Of a stretch of 64,000 nucleotides of DNA, positions 17,672 to 27,710 are shown one piece after another. This DNA comes from Kiritimatiellia bacterium (GTDB lineage: Bacteria; Verrucomicrobiota; Kiritimatiellia; CAIQIC01; Lenti-01), in NCBI GenBank assembly GCA_040768005.1, contig JAXGNL010000008.1, positions 5,053 through 69,052 on the forward strand, written 5' to 3'. The notes beneath the pieces are model-generated. The model was not told the DNA's origin. It worked only from the letters and a program-made list of their open reading frames with translations, and did not search any database. The position numbers and the translations under genes are program-made. Each line of letters opens with the position of its first letter. Positions within the stretch are counted from its first letter, which is position 1.

Positions 17672-19296
17672 ATCCCGTCGCGCCGCGTCCCGTCTTCTGG
17701 CACCTGCTGCTGCTCGCCTCGCTGCTCTGGGGCGGTGAAATCCTGCGCCGCGACTGCTGGGAACCTGACGAGGCCCGGGTCGCCTACATCGCCCGCGAAA
17801 TGGCCCGGGACGGACACTGGCTGGTCCCTCATCGCCACGGCGAGTTCTACGCCCACAAGCCCCCGCTGCTTTACTGGCTTATCAACCTGTTTTCGTTCTC
17901 CACCGGTCTGCCGATCGGACGCCTGACGGTGCGCCTGCCGGGGTTTTTCGCCGGACTGTTGACGCTCTGGGCCACGGCTCGCCTTGCGGAACGATGGGCC
18001 TCCGCTAAAGCCGCCTGGCCCGCCGTGCTGACGCTTTGCTCCACCTATCTGTTCTGGCATGAGATCGGTTTCGCCCGTCCAGACGGTCTCCTCCTCGGCT
18101 GGACCATCGGCGCGCTGGCCCTGTTGTTTTGGAACGACGACGAGCCGGCGTTCTGGAAACCCCTCCTGGCGTGGCTGTTCATGGGGTTGGGTATTCTGAC
18201 CAAGGGCCCCGTCGGCCTCATCGTTCCGGCCGGTGCCTATGCCGCCGCGCGCTTCGCTGCCGGCGAAGGCCGGCTTCTGCGCAAATCCCATTGGATCTGG
18301 GGCCCGCCGCTTGCACTCGCCCTGCCCGCGACCTGGCTGGGTCTCGTCTGGTGGACCGGAGCGCCGGAAGGATATCTGAGGGAACTGCTCATCGGCCAGA
18401 ATCTGGAACGCGCCGCCGGCGAACTGGGTCATCGCCAACCGTTCTATTACTACCTGCCGAGCGCCGCCGCCGATCTGCTCCCCTGGACGCTTGTCCTGCC
18501 CGCCGCCGCCCTGGCGCTCTTCCGCAATCCCGCACACCGGCCGCTCCTGCGTCGGCTGGCGGGCTGGTTTGGCTTCGTTTGGTTTTTCTTCAGCCTGCTC
18601 GCCAGCAAGCGCAATGTCTACATTCTCGGCGCCTTTCCCGCCGCGGCAATCCTTGTCGGGACCGCCTGGTCCGACCTGGACTCGGCTGACTTTCTTGCGG
18701 CGCGCTTCGCGCACGCCGCCTTCAGAATCCTCTTTCTCGCGGCCGGCGCCGGTCTGCTCGCCGCGGGTTTCTGGCCCGGACTGCCCATCGCTCCCTGGAC
18801 GCTCCGGATCCCCGGACTGATCGCGCTGCTCGGAGGCATCGCTCTTCTTCCTGAAGCTCCCGGATTCCATCGCGCGTCGTTCTATCGCCGGGCCGCGCTG
18901 GCCTGGCTGGCGGCCGAAGCCGCCGTCGGCCTCTTTGTCTATCCCGCCGTCAACCCCCTGAAGACACCCGTGGCCCTCGCCGAGGCCGTGCGGGAACGCC
19001 TTCCGGCCGACCGGCCCCTGCTGCTCTACGCCATGAACGGTGAAATCCTCGCCTCCCACTCCAACCGACGCGGCGAACGGGTGGATACCCCGGACGAACT
19101 GTTCGCCGCCATGCGGCGCGAACGCCGCGGTTTCGCCGTCTTCAGCAAACGCTCTTTCGACGCCTGGCCCGCCGGCGCGCCGCTCACCGGCGCCACCGGC
19201 GACTTCCGCTCCGGCAGCAAGCGCTACGTCTGGCTGGAATTCGATCTGACGCATTCTGAACTCCCGGACGGCCTCCCAAGCGGCGCATCGAAATAG
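17668..19296 (+). CDS. ArnT/PMT-like GT-C glycosyltransferase 1
   Basis: WEPDEARVAYIAREM, HKPPLLYW, LTKGPVG, HRQPFYYY and SKRNVYIL, with many TM helices. Confidence 0.88.
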   Translation: MNPVAPRPVFWHLLLLASLLWGGEILRRDCWEPDEARVAYIAREMARDGHWLVPHRHGEFYAHKPPLLYWLINLFSFSTGLPIGRLTVRLPGFFAGLLTLWATARLAERWASAKAAWPAVLTLCSTYLFWHEIGFARPDGLLLGWTIGALALLFWNDDEPAFWKPLLAWLFMGLGILTKGPVGLIVPAGAYAAARFAAGEGRLLRKSHWIWGPPLALALPATWLGLVWWTGAPEGYLRELLIGQNLERAAGELGHRQPFYYYLPSAAADLLPWTLVLPAAALALFRNPAHRPLLRRLAGWFGFVWFFFSLLASKRNVYILGAFPAAAILVGTAWSDLDSADFLAARFAHAAFRILFLAAGAGLLAAGFWPGLPIAPWTLRIPGLIALLGGIALLPEAPGFHRASFYRRAALAWLAAEAAVGLFVYPAVNPLKTPVALAEAVRERLPADRPLLLYAMNGEILASHSNRRGERVDTPDELFAAMRRERRGFAVFSKRSFDAWPAGAPLTGATGDFRSGSKRYVWLEFDLTHSELPDGLPSGASK

Positions 19297-19305
19297 GCTC
19301 CGCCG

Positions 19306-20823
19306 ATGATCTCCGCACCCCCTATGGCCCGCCGGTTCGACTGGCGCGGGCTCCTGCTGGTCGGGGGACTCGCTTTCGCCGGCGCGATTTCGTTCCAGGG
19401 CAGCCGGGGAATTTATCAGACAACGGAAGGCCGCTATGCGGAATGCGCCCGGGAAACCATGGCCTCCGGCGATTACGACGATCCAATCCTCAACGGCCAG
19501 CCCCATTGGACCAAGCCGCCGCTCACCTACATGGCGATCATGGCCGGCATGCGCGCGTTCGGCCCTTCTCCGTGGGGCGTGCGCGCCTATCTGGTCGTGG
19601 CGCTGGTTCTGGCCGCCGGCGCCGTTTGGCTGGCCGGCACCTCCATCCGGGGGCCGGAGACGGGGCTTTGGAGCGGACTGGCTTTCGCCACGTCGCCTTT
19701 CGTCGCCGGAGCGGCGAACGTCGTCTCGTCCGATTTGCTCACCACGCTCTGGGTCGCTGCGGCGTTTGCCGCGTTCTGGCACGGGCGGGTGCGCCGGTCT
19801 CCGGTTTCGTGCCTCGCCATGTGGGTATTCCTCGGCCTTGGATTCTTGACCAAAGGTCCGCCGGCCCTTCTGGTTCCGGCGGCATCCTTGCCCATCGCGG
19901 CCTACCTGCTGCGGCGGGAAGAGGGGCGGCGTTTCCCCTTCTGGCTGTCGTGGGCGGGACTGGGGCTCTTTTTGCTGGTGGGCGTCCTCTGGTACTTGGA
20001 CAAAGCCGCGCAAACGCCCGGCTTGCTCGCCTATTGGCTCGGCCACGAACTCGTCGGCCGCAACGTCGGCGGCGAATTCAACCGGAGCCCCGGCATTCTC
20101 CCGGTTTTCACCATGTATCTGCCCATTCTCCTGGTCGGCGCCGGTCCCTGGCCCCCGCTCGTCCTTCTCCGGGGCCGCCCCCTGCGAGACGGGTGGGCGA
20201 CCTCCCAAGACCGGCCTGCCGTCGTGCGGGCGGCGCGCGTCTCGCTTGCGGCAGGCGTGGCAATCCCGTTCGTCGTCTTTTCGCTCAGCCGTTCGAAGAT
20301 GCCGCTGTATCTTCTCCCGGTCTTCGTTCCGCTGTCGCTGGCGCTGGGGCGGATGCTGGCCGCCTTGATCGATCAGGGCCGGGTGCGATCCCGCACGGCG
20401 AAAACGCTGGCCGGAGCGACGTTGGCCCTCGTCATCGCGGGCAAAGGAATTTTTGCGCGCGTGGACAGTCCGAAAGACATGACGCGCCTGGCCGCGGCCC
20501 TTGCGCCGGCGCTGGAAAACGAATCCGGCCATCCGTTCTACACCGCGACCGGCCGCAATTTGAACGGCTTGGAATTCCATCTGGACCGGCTGATCGAATT
20601 CATTCCGCCCAGAGATCTCTTCGCCCATCTGGCGGACCAGATCGCCCAGGGAAAATCACCCCGCTATCTCGTCTCGAATCGCAGCTGGGCGCATATGGCC
20701 GCCGCCCCTCCCGTGCCCTTGCGATCCGAAGCGCTCGGACGACACTGGCTCCTTCTGGCCCCGCGGGATGAACCGAACGCCGCCCCGCCGCCCCCCGCAC
20801 CATTCCACTTGGAGCATCCATGA
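19306..20823 (+). CDS. ArnT/PMT-like GT-C glycosyltransferase 2
   Basis: TEGRYAECARET, TKPPLTY, LTKGPPAL and SKMPLYLLP, with many TM helices. Confidence 0.88.
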   Translation: MISAPPMARRFDWRGLLLVGGLAFAGAISFQGSRGIYQTTEGRYAECARETMASGDYDDPILNGQPHWTKPPLTYMAIMAGMRAFGPSPWGVRAYLVVALVLAAGAVWLAGTSIRGPETGLWSGLAFATSPFVAGAANVVSSDLLTTLWVAAAFAAFWHGRVRRSPVSCLAMWVFLGLGFLTKGPPALLVPAASLPIAAYLLRREEGRRFPFWLSWAGLGLFLLVGVLWYLDKAAQTPGLLAYWLGHELVGRNVGGEFNRSPGILPVFTMYLPILLVGAGPWPPLVLLRGRPLRDGWATSQDRPAVVRAARVSLAAGVAIPFVVFSLSRSKMPLYLLPVFVPLSLALGRMLAALIDQGRVRSRTAKTLAGATLALVIAGKGIFARVDSPKDMTRLAAALAPALENESGHPFYTATGRNLNGLEFHLDRLIEFIPPRDLFAHLADQIAQGKSPRYLVSNRSWAHMAAAPPVPLRSEALGRHWLLLAPRDEPNAAPPPPAPFHLEHP

Positions 20824-21428
20824 GAACCCGCTACGAAAAACTCCGCCTCCCCGTCTCGCGCCTCGCGTCCGCCGCCGCCGTCTTCTTTCTGCTGTTCTCG
20901 ACGAACCGCTGGGAAAACGGCCGGGAAGCGATCACGACGGGACTGTTCACCCTCGGCATGTTCCTGGTCGCCATCGGTTCCCTGGGCCGCATGTGGTGCT
21001 CCCTCTACATCGCCGGCTACAAGGATCAGGTCCTGATCACGCAGGGCCCCTATTCCATGACCCGAAATCCGCTCTATTTCTTCAGCGCCTTCGGCGCCCT
21101 GGGCGTCGGTTTCTGCACGGAAACATTTACCTTCCCCGTCCTCCTCCTGACCGTGATGATCCTGTATTATCCTCTCGTTGTCCGGAAAGAGGAACGGCGG
21201 CTGCGTGAACGCTTCGGCCGCGAGTTCGACGATTATGCGCACCGCGTACCCGTCTTTTTCCCGGACTTCTCCCTGTTTTCGGAACCGGACACCTGTGTCG
21301 TGAAACCGGTTGTTTACCGCCGCCATATGTTCAGCGCCCTCTGGTTCGTCTGGATCGTCGGCCTGATCGAATTTGCCGAAGGCCTGAAGGAACTGGGCTG
21401 GATGCCGTCGTTCTGGTCTTTCTGGTAA
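20820..21428 (+). CDS. Isoprenylcysteine carboxyl methyltransferase (ICMT/PEMT) family membrane methyltransferase
   Basis: LITQGPYSMTRNPLY and EERRLRERFGREFDDYAHRVPVFFP. Confidence 0.88.
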   Translation: MRTRYEKLRLPVSRLASAAAVFFLLFSTNRWENGREAITTGLFTLGMFLVAIGSLGRMWCSLYIAGYKDQVLITQGPYSMTRNPLYFFSAFGALGVGFCTETFTFPVLLLTVMILYYPLVVRKEERRLRERFGREFDDYAHRVPVFFPDFSLFSEPDTCVVKPVVYRRHMFSALWFVWIVGLIEFAEGLKELGWMPSFWSFW

Positions 21429-21465
21429 CGACGCTACCAGGCCGGCCGGCCCCCCGCCCTCCGCC

Positions 21466-22590
21466 ATGATCCGCGTGCTCAACCGCCATGTGCTCCGGGA
21501 ATTCCTCCGCGGATTCCTGACCACCTTGACCGTCCTGACGTTCGTCATGTACATCGGCGCGGCCGTGCAGGCCATCGACTACATGTCCCGCGGAATTTCG
21601 GGTCCGTTGATCCTGAAGATTTTCGCCCTTAACATTCCTTTCACCTTGTCATTCGTCATTCCCGTCAGCGTCTTGACTACGGTGCTGCTCCAATTCGGCC
21701 GCATGTCGGCCGACGGGGAAATCACCGCCCTGAAAGCCTGCGGAGTCAGTCTTTGGCAAATAGCCGCTCCGGTTGTCTTCGCCGTGATCATGCTCACGGC
21801 CCTTTGCCTGTTCATCAATGCGGAAGTCGCCCCGCGCAGTCATTTCCTGCGGTACAAGATGCTCCGCGAACTGGGCGAGGTGGATCCCCTGGCCCTGCTG
21901 GAAGAAGGCCGCTTCACCGACGGTTTTCCCGGGGTGAAAATCTACGTGGGACGGAAATACGGTGCGCGCCTGGAAGACATCGTGCTGTTCCAGTTCGCCG
22001 AAACAGGCGTGCGCGCCGAAGTCCGCGCCCAACGCGGAAGGGTGACGTGCGATTTCGCCCGGCAGCGCATGGACATCCGCCTCGAACAGGTCCGCCTGAC
22101 CCAATACGACAGGCACAATCCGGATGATTTGTCCAACGCCCGCACCCTGACGGCGGAAAGCTATCCGATCTCGCTCGACCTGAAGAAACTGATGCGAAAG
22201 GGCCATTTCACCAGGAAACCCGCTTCGCTTTCCCTCAACGAACTGGTCCGCGCCATCCGGAACGTCCGGCGGACGTTCCCGGACCTTCAGGAGAATGGCG
22301 TCCCCCGCATGCGGATCAAACTGGCGGTGGAGGCCAGCAAGCGCCTGGCTTTGGCCTTGTCCTGCTTCTCTTTCGCGCTGCTGGGCATCCCGCTGGGCAT
22401 CCGGGCTCATCGCAAGGAATCCTCCATCGGCATCGGCCTCTCGCTCGTGCTCCTGTTCGTCTATTACCTCTTCATTATCTTGGCCGATTCCCTGCTGGAT
22501 CACCCGGAGTGGCGTCCCGACCTGATCCCCTGGATCCCCGTACTGGGCGGCCAGCTCCTCGGCGGATTCCTGCTCTATCGGAACCGTTGA
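21466..22590 (+). CDS. lptF: LPS export permease LptF/LptG family
   Basis: LNRHVLREF, RMSADGEITALKACGVS, and PLGIRAHRKESSIGIGLSL. F versus G assignment is uncertain. Confidence 0.8.
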   Translation: MIRVLNRHVLREFLRGFLTTLTVLTFVMYIGAAVQAIDYMSRGISGPLILKIFALNIPFTLSFVIPVSVLTTVLLQFGRMSADGEITALKACGVSLWQIAAPVVFAVIMLTALCLFINAEVAPRSHFLRYKMLRELGEVDPLALLEEGRFTDGFPGVKIYVGRKYGARLEDIVLFQFAETGVRAEVRAQRGRVTCDFARQRMDIRLEQVRLTQYDRHNPDDLSNARTLTAESYPISLDLKKLMRKGHFTRKPASLSLNELVRAIRNVRRTFPDLQENGVPRMRIKLAVEASKRLALALSCFSFALLGIPLGIRAHRKESSIGIGLSLVLLFVYYLFIILADSLLDHPEWRPDLIPWIPVLGGQLLGGFLLYRNR

Positions 22591-22614
22591 AGGAGTCCGT
22601 CCAGAATAATTCCC

Positions 22615-22790
22615 CTAGCCGCGCACAAGCAGATAGATCGCCGCCGCGACCAGAAGCGCGGTCACGCCTTGCCGGAACCGTTCCGGCGGCACCCGCTCGA
22701 TCGTCCGCTTGGCCACCCACGTGCCAAACACCATGGCGGCCCCCAATGCCGATCGCCAGCGGCATGAACTCGGGCGTCGGCGAGGAGCCC
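22615..22790 (-). pseudogene. C-terminal remnant of a TSUP/TauE-like membrane protein
   Basis: Manual translation of the minus strand gives PEFMPLAIGIG/AAMVFGTWVAKRTIERVPPERFRQGVTALLVAAAIYLLVRG*, with a frameshift in a G5 run. There is no N-terminal part, and the kinase stop abuts it. Confidence 0.55.
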
Positions 22791-22798
22791 AAATGGGT

Positions 22799-23884
22799 TC
22801 ATGATCTGTCGGCAGGCGGCGAGGACGATGCTGAAGGCCCCAGTCCCGGCAGCCGGCACTCGAACCGCGCGCCGGGCTGGCCGGGATTGGCCAGCTTCAA
22901 TGCCCCGCCGTGCACCGCCGCGATCTGCGCCGCCAACGGCAGACCCAATCCCGCCGTGCCGGTCTCGCTCCCCGGCACCTGCGTGAACCGATCGAAGATT
23001 TTCTTGGCGAATTCGTCCGGAATGCCCGGACCGCTGTCCGTCACCGCCAGGCAAACCTCGCCGCCGGCCTCGCTGACGTCGATCCGGATCGTGCCGCCCT
23101 TGGGCGTGTGCCGCAGCGCATTGTCCACCAGATTGCCCAGCAGCTCGATCAGCAGTTCTTCAATCCCGGCCACGCGCGCGCCGGCCCCCGCGGCCATGGC
23201 CAATTCCACGCCGCGCGCTTCGGCCAGCGGCTGGTAGATCTGCCGGACCTGCTCGACCACGGCCCCCAGCGGAAGCGGCGCAAACCGCGCCTTCAGCATC
23301 CCGGCGTCCAGCCGCGACAGTTGCAGCAGCTGCTCGACGATCCGGGTCAGGCGGTCCAGTTCGCCCAGCATGGTTTCCAGCGCCTCCCGATACTCGTCCG
23401 CGGTGCGCGCCCGGCTCAAAGCGACTTCGCCCAGGTTGCGCATCGCGGCGATCGGCGTGCGCAGCTGGTGCGCCGCGTCGCCGCTGAACCGCTCCAGGCG
23501 ACGCAGCACACCCGCGTAGCCGTCGAACGCTGCGTTCACGGTCTCGGCCAAGACCTTCGTTTCGTCATCCGGCATCGTCGCCGTCTCGATTCGCTCCGCC
23601 CACTGGCCGCCGCGGATACGCTGAGCCGTCGCGGCAACGGCATTCAGGGGGCCCGTGATCCGCCGCGCCAGCCACCACGCAACGCCCGCCAGCAGCGGCA
23701 CCAGCAGCAAGGTCAGCCCCACGCCCTGTACAACCTCCATGATCCCCTCTGCGAAGTTTTCGTACGGATTGGCATGGCGGTGCGCCCATTCCACGAGTGT
23801 GTAAATCATCGCCTGGCTCGCCACGAACAGGCCCAGCAGCAGCAGCAGGTACAGAAACGTCCGCGAACGGAACGGAAAGCTCAT
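22799..23884 (-). CDS. Two-component sensor histidine kinase (HAMP-HisKA-HATPase)
   Basis: Two TM helices, FSGDAAHQLRTP H-box, NLVDNALRH, DSGPGIP and GLGLPL. Confidence 0.93.
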   Translation of the reverse strand: MSFPFRSRTFLYLLLLLGLFVASQAMIYTLVEWAHRHANPYENFAEGIMEVVQGVGLTLLLVPLLAGVAWWLARRITGPLNAVAATAQRIRGGQWAERIETATMPDDETKVLAETVNAAFDGYAGVLRRLERFSGDAAHQLRTPIAAMRNLGEVALSRARTADEYREALETMLGELDRLTRIVEQLLQLSRLDAGMLKARFAPLPLGAVVEQVRQIYQPLAEARGVELAMAAGAGARVAGIEELLIELLGNLVDNALRHTPKGGTIRIDVSEAGGEVCLAVTDSGPGIPDEFAKKIFDRFTQVPGSETGTAGLGLPLAAQIAAVHGGALKLANPGQPGARFECRLPGLGPSASSSPPADRS

Positions 23885-24594
23885 GTGTTCTCCTCCGCCA
23901 GCCGGAACCCCACACCCCGCACGGTATGAATGAGTTTGGCCGCGCGGTTCTTGTCGATTTTCTCCCGCAAATGCGACAGATGCACGTCAATCACGTTGTC
24001 CAGCGGCGTCAGCCGCCGGTTGATTTTCCATACCTCGCGCGCCAGCAAATCCCGCGACACCGGCTGGCCACGCCATTGCGCCAGCAGCGCCAGCACATCG
24101 AATTCGCGGGCTGTCAGATCCACCGCCCGTCCCGCACGCCGCACCTGCCGGCGCAGGCGGTCGATTTCCAGATCGCCGACGCCGAGAACGTCGTCGTCGG
24201 TTTGCGCCGCTGCCGTTCGAAGCCGTGCGCGGATCCGCGCCAGCAGTTCGGCAAAGGCAAAGGGCTTGGTCAGATAGTCGTCCGCCCCCTCGTCCAGACC
24301 CGCCACCCGCTCCGGCAGGGTGTCGCGCGCCGTCAGAATGATCACCGGCATCCGGTGTCCGGCCGCGCGCACCCGCCGCAGCCACAGACGCCCGTCGCCG
24401 TCGGGCAGGTTCAAATCCAGCACCACCAGCGCCGGCACACCTTGCGCCAGCTGGGTGTCCGCCGCGGCCAGCCGGGCGGCCGTTGCAACGGCGAACCCGG
24501 CCTCGCTCAGCCCCTGCTGCAGGCTCTCCGTGACCCGCCGGTCGTCTTCCACCACCAGGATCCCGGCGGCCGCCTTGACCTCGTCTGCTTTCAT
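23881..24594 (-). CDS. OmpR-family response regulator
   Basis: ILVVEDD, LDLNLPDGDG, GADDYLTKPF and IHTVRGVGF. Overlaps the kinase start by 4 nt. Confidence 0.93.
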   Translation of the reverse strand: MKADEVKAAAGILVVEDDRRVTESLQQGLSEAGFAVATAARLAAADTQLAQGVPALVVLDLNLPDGDGRLWLRRVRAAGHRMPVIILTARDTLPERVAGLDEGADDYLTKPFAFAELLARIRARLRTAAAQTDDDVLGVGDLEIDRLRRQVRRAGRAVDLTAREFDVLALLAQWRGQPVSRDLLAREVWKINRRLTPLDNVIDVHLSHLREKIDKNRAAKLIHTVRGVGFRLAEENT

Positions 24595-24735
24595 GATGGC
24601 CTTCATTCTAAAGGCCCCGCATCCGATGGCGAGAATTTTCCGGCCGCTTCCCGGCCGCGCGCCCGCGCCGGAACCTGAAGGATTCTTCATGATTCCGTGT
24701 TCGGCACCGTGTGTTTCCCGTGGCAATGTGCGCCC

Positions 24736-25947
24736 ATGAAAGCCCTCCCTGTCCATCCGGCCGGCTGGGGTATCGCTGCCGTTCTCTGCGGAATCGTCGC
24801 CGTTTTCGCCGTCGCCGCCCAGTGGACGACAGCCCCGCTTACCGCCGGCCCGATGCTGCAAAACGCGACTCCCGACGGCTTCACCGTGGTCTGGTGGAAA
24901 ACCGGCCATAGCCCCGCCGAATTGCGGGTCCGCGGCATCACGGAAGCGGAAGTCGTTTTCCCGGCCCGCCGGACTGGCGACCGATTCGAAGCCCGCGCCA
25001 CGGGCCTGGAGCCCGGCGTTGCCTGCCGCTATGACATTCTGGATATTGCCCCGGACGGTTCCCGGCGGCGGCTGGCCGAAGGCCGGGCGCGGACCGCGCC
25101 GCCGCCGGGCACCCCGTTTTCCTTCCTCATGTTCGCCGATTCGGGCAGCGGCAAACGCCCGCAATATCGCCTGGCGCAGACCATGGACCGCTATCCCTTC
25201 GATCTCGTTCTGCATGCCGGCGATCTCATCTACGGCCGGGCCGCTCCCGGCGATTACGCCGACAAGTTCTTCCGTCCCTACCGGAACTGGCTCCGCGACG
25301 TTCCCATTTATCCCGTTCTCGGCAACCACGATCTCAAGGAAGATGCCGGTCAGGCTTTCCTGCAAACGTTCAGCCTGCCGACAAACGGACCTGCCCGCCT
25401 GCCGCCCGAACATTGTTTCTGGTTCGATTACGGCGATGCGCGCTTCATCGGCATCGATTCCAACCTCGATCCGGACCTGCTGGCCGGCGCGGTTGTCCCC
25501 TGGCTGCGCGAGACGCTGGCCGCCGCCGGACGCCGCTGGAAATTCGTTTTCTTCCACCATCCCCCGTGGGCCGGCGGCAATCGTCCCGCGGACGCCAAGG
25601 TCTGCGACATCCTCGTCCCCGCCATCGAGGCCGGCGGCGCCGACGTCGTCTTCTGCGGACACAACCATCTCTATGAACGCATGCTCCCCCGGCGCAACGG
25701 CCGGGTCGTTCCCGCCCCCGAAGGCATCCTCTACGTCGTTTCCGGCGCCGGGGGCAAATCCCTGCACAAGGAACAACCCGAAGCGGTGCGGGATCTGGCA
25801 AAATTCGACGATTCGCAGTTCAGCTTCACCTGGGTCCGCGTGGATGCCCGCCGCGTGGCAATCGAACAGATCGGCGCTAACGACGCCGTCCTGGACCGGG
25901 TCGAACTGAAGCATCTCGACAGTCCGGGACCGAACGACATTCCTTAA
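24736..25947 (+). CDS. Purple acid phosphatase-like metallophosphoesterase with N-terminal FN3-like domain
   Basis: ADSG, GDLIY, GNHD, HHPP and GHNHLYER calcineurin-like motifs, plus a signal/TM segment. Confidence 0.88.
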   Translation: MKALPVHPAGWGIAAVLCGIVAVFAVAAQWTTAPLTAGPMLQNATPDGFTVVWWKTGHSPAELRVRGITEAEVVFPARRTGDRFEARATGLEPGVACRYDILDIAPDGSRRRLAEGRARTAPPPGTPFSFLMFADSGSGKRPQYRLAQTMDRYPFDLVLHAGDLIYGRAAPGDYADKFFRPYRNWLRDVPIYPVLGNHDLKEDAGQAFLQTFSLPTNGPARLPPEHCFWFDYGDARFIGIDSNLDPDLLAGAVVPWLRETLAAAGRRWKFVFFHHPPWAGGNRPADAKVCDILVPAIEAGGADVVFCGHNHLYERMLPRRNGRVVPAPEGILYVVSGAGGKSLHKEQPEAVRDLAKFDDSQFSFTWVRVDARRVAIEQIGANDAVLDRVELKHLDSPGPNDIP

Positions 25948-26005
25948 TGATTTTTAAGGGCCCGTCGTTTGCATGCGCTGCGGTTCCGGATAGGGTTCAG
26001 GAATC

Positions 26006-27022
26006 ATGAATACCGCCTGGAAAACCCTGTTCGAAACCGGCCGCATCGCCCGCGCCGCCCTGCGGGAACAGCAGGAATGCATCCGTGAAGTGCATGCCCG
26101 CCTGGCTCCCCACCTCGCCACTCCCGCGACTACACCGGCAGAATACGCCGTGCGCCCGGCTCCGCTCCCCGAGGCCCGCCTCGGCTGGCGCAAGAACCTG
26201 TTCTCGACCCTCTTCCAGTCCGTCTATCACCTGATGGATATCCCCGCCCCGCGCCGGATGCTCTACGGCAAACTGATCCATCTGTTCCGCATCTGGGTCA
26301 CCTCCGCCGACAATCTCCTCGACGCCGAGGACAAGGAAGTCGTGCCGCTGGTCATGCCCGGTTCCGCCCGGGTGATGCGCCAGGTCGTCGCGGTCATGGC
26401 CGCCGACCGCGTGCTGGCCGGAATCCTCAACGACGCCGTGGCGTCGGGAACGATCACGGACACCCAGCGCGACGACCTCGCACGCGAATCGCTCTGCCGC
26501 CTGCTGCCCAGCGCCGCCCAGGAGGCCACCGAGGAAGGCGGCATCACCAACCGCCCCCCGCCGGAGGAGGTGCTTGGCGTCATTCACCGCCTCAAGACCG
26601 GCCTGCTGTTCAATGTCGCCTTTGTCGGCCCGGAACTCGTCGAACCGGCCGCGTTCGGCCGCACCGGGCCCCTCCGCGAGGGCCTGATGAATTTCGGCCT
26701 GGGCTGCCAGGTGCTCGACGACATTCGGGACATGGCTCGCGACTTCCTTGAAAAGCGCCACAACTACCTTTTGTCCGTTCTGTCCTTTCAGGCTCCCGAA
26801 CGCCTGCGGGAATGGACGGCCCGACCGCCATCCGTTTCCGACCGGCTGTATCTGGATGTCCCTCAGTTCGCCCTGCCCGCCGCCCGGCGCGGTTTCGACC
26901 TGATGGTCTCCGGCCTTCGCACCCTCGGCGAGGCCGGCCTGGGCTGCAGCGGCGCACAGGCCGAATCCATGGCCCGCGCCATGTTCCCCGTACTCGATCT
27001 GGAGGGCCTGTCCGTTGTCTAA
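26006..27022 (+). CDS. Class I isoprenoid synthase-fold protein (trans-IPPS/terpene synthase-like)
   Basis: DNLLD first Asp-rich-like motif, KTGLLF, and FGLGCQVLDDIRD second Asp-rich motif. Confidence 0.65.
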   Translation: MNTAWKTLFETGRIARAALREQQECIREVHARLAPHLATPATTPAEYAVRPAPLPEARLGWRKNLFSTLFQSVYHLMDIPAPRRMLYGKLIHLFRIWVTSADNLLDAEDKEVVPLVMPGSARVMRQVVAVMAADRVLAGILNDAVASGTITDTQRDDLARESLCRLLPSAAQEATEEGGITNRPPPEEVLGVIHRLKTGLLFNVAFVGPELVEPAAFGRTGPLREGLMNFGLGCQVLDDIRDMARDFLEKRHNYLLSVLSFQAPERLREWTARPPSVSDRLYLDVPQFALPAARRGFDLMVSGLRTLGEAGLGCSGAQAESMARAMFPVLDLEGLSVV

Positions 27023-27710
27023 GCGCCTCCATTCCCGCTCGCCGGTTGCCCGGCGCACCGCCGGCATCACCCTCGACCATGCCGCACCGGTCTATGACTG
27101 GCTCGCGCCGCTCATGACCCTCGGCTCGGAACATCGCCTGCACCGGCAGGTCGTCGCGCGCCTCGCGCTCGACCGGCCCGCGGCCGTCCTCGATGTCGGC
27201 TGCGGCACCGGCGCCCTCACGCGGCAAATTTACGACGCGCTCCCCGGCGACGCGCCCCGCCGCGTCTGCGGCGTGGACGCCGCCGAGGCCATGATCGCCG
27301 TCGCCGGCAAAAAAGCCGGTTGCCGCCCCGGCCTCGGGTTCGTCGCCGCCCTCGCGGAGGAACTGCCCTTCCCCGGCGGCTCGTTCGACCGCGTGCTTTC
27401 GACCTTCTTCTTCCACCATCTGAATTACGGACTTAAAATCCAGTCCCTCGCCGAAATCTGGCGCGTGCTGCGCCCCGGCGGACAGGCCGCGATCCTCGAC
27501 GTCGATATCCCCTATTCGCTCTTCGGCCGGATCTGCGCCTGGTCCGGCTATTGCCTCTTCCGCCAGGCCGAAATCGCCGAGAACATCCGCGGCAGACTCC
27601 GCGACGCCCTCGACGCCTCCCCCTGGCACGGCCATTGGCAGATCGCTTCCCGCCACTCCGGCTACCTCTCGCTCTTTACGATGATCAAACCCCAGGAGCA
27701 ACAACCATGA
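27015..27710 (+). CDS. Class I SAM-dependent methyltransferase (UbiE-like)
   Basis: VLDVGCGTG, GVDAAEAMI, AEELPFPGGSFD and RVLRPGG. TTG start overlaps the upstream gene by 8 nt. Confidence 0.88.
   Translation: MSKRLHSRSPVARRTAGITLDHAAPVYDWLAPLMTLGSEHRLHRQVVARLALDRPAAVLDVGCGTGALTRQIYDALPGDAPRRVCGVDAAEAMIAVAGKKAGCRPGLGFVAALAEELPFPGGSFDRVLSTFFFHHLNYGLKIQSLAEIWRVLRPGGQAAILDVDIPYSLFGRICAWSGYCLFRQAEIAENIRGRLRDALDASPWHGHWQIASRHSGYLSLFTMIKPQEQQP

Noticed and set aside
23881-25914. 677-aa response regulator with a long N-terminal extension
   Set aside because: The extension is the antisense of the phosphoesterase gene, and the receiver domain begins at about 24594.
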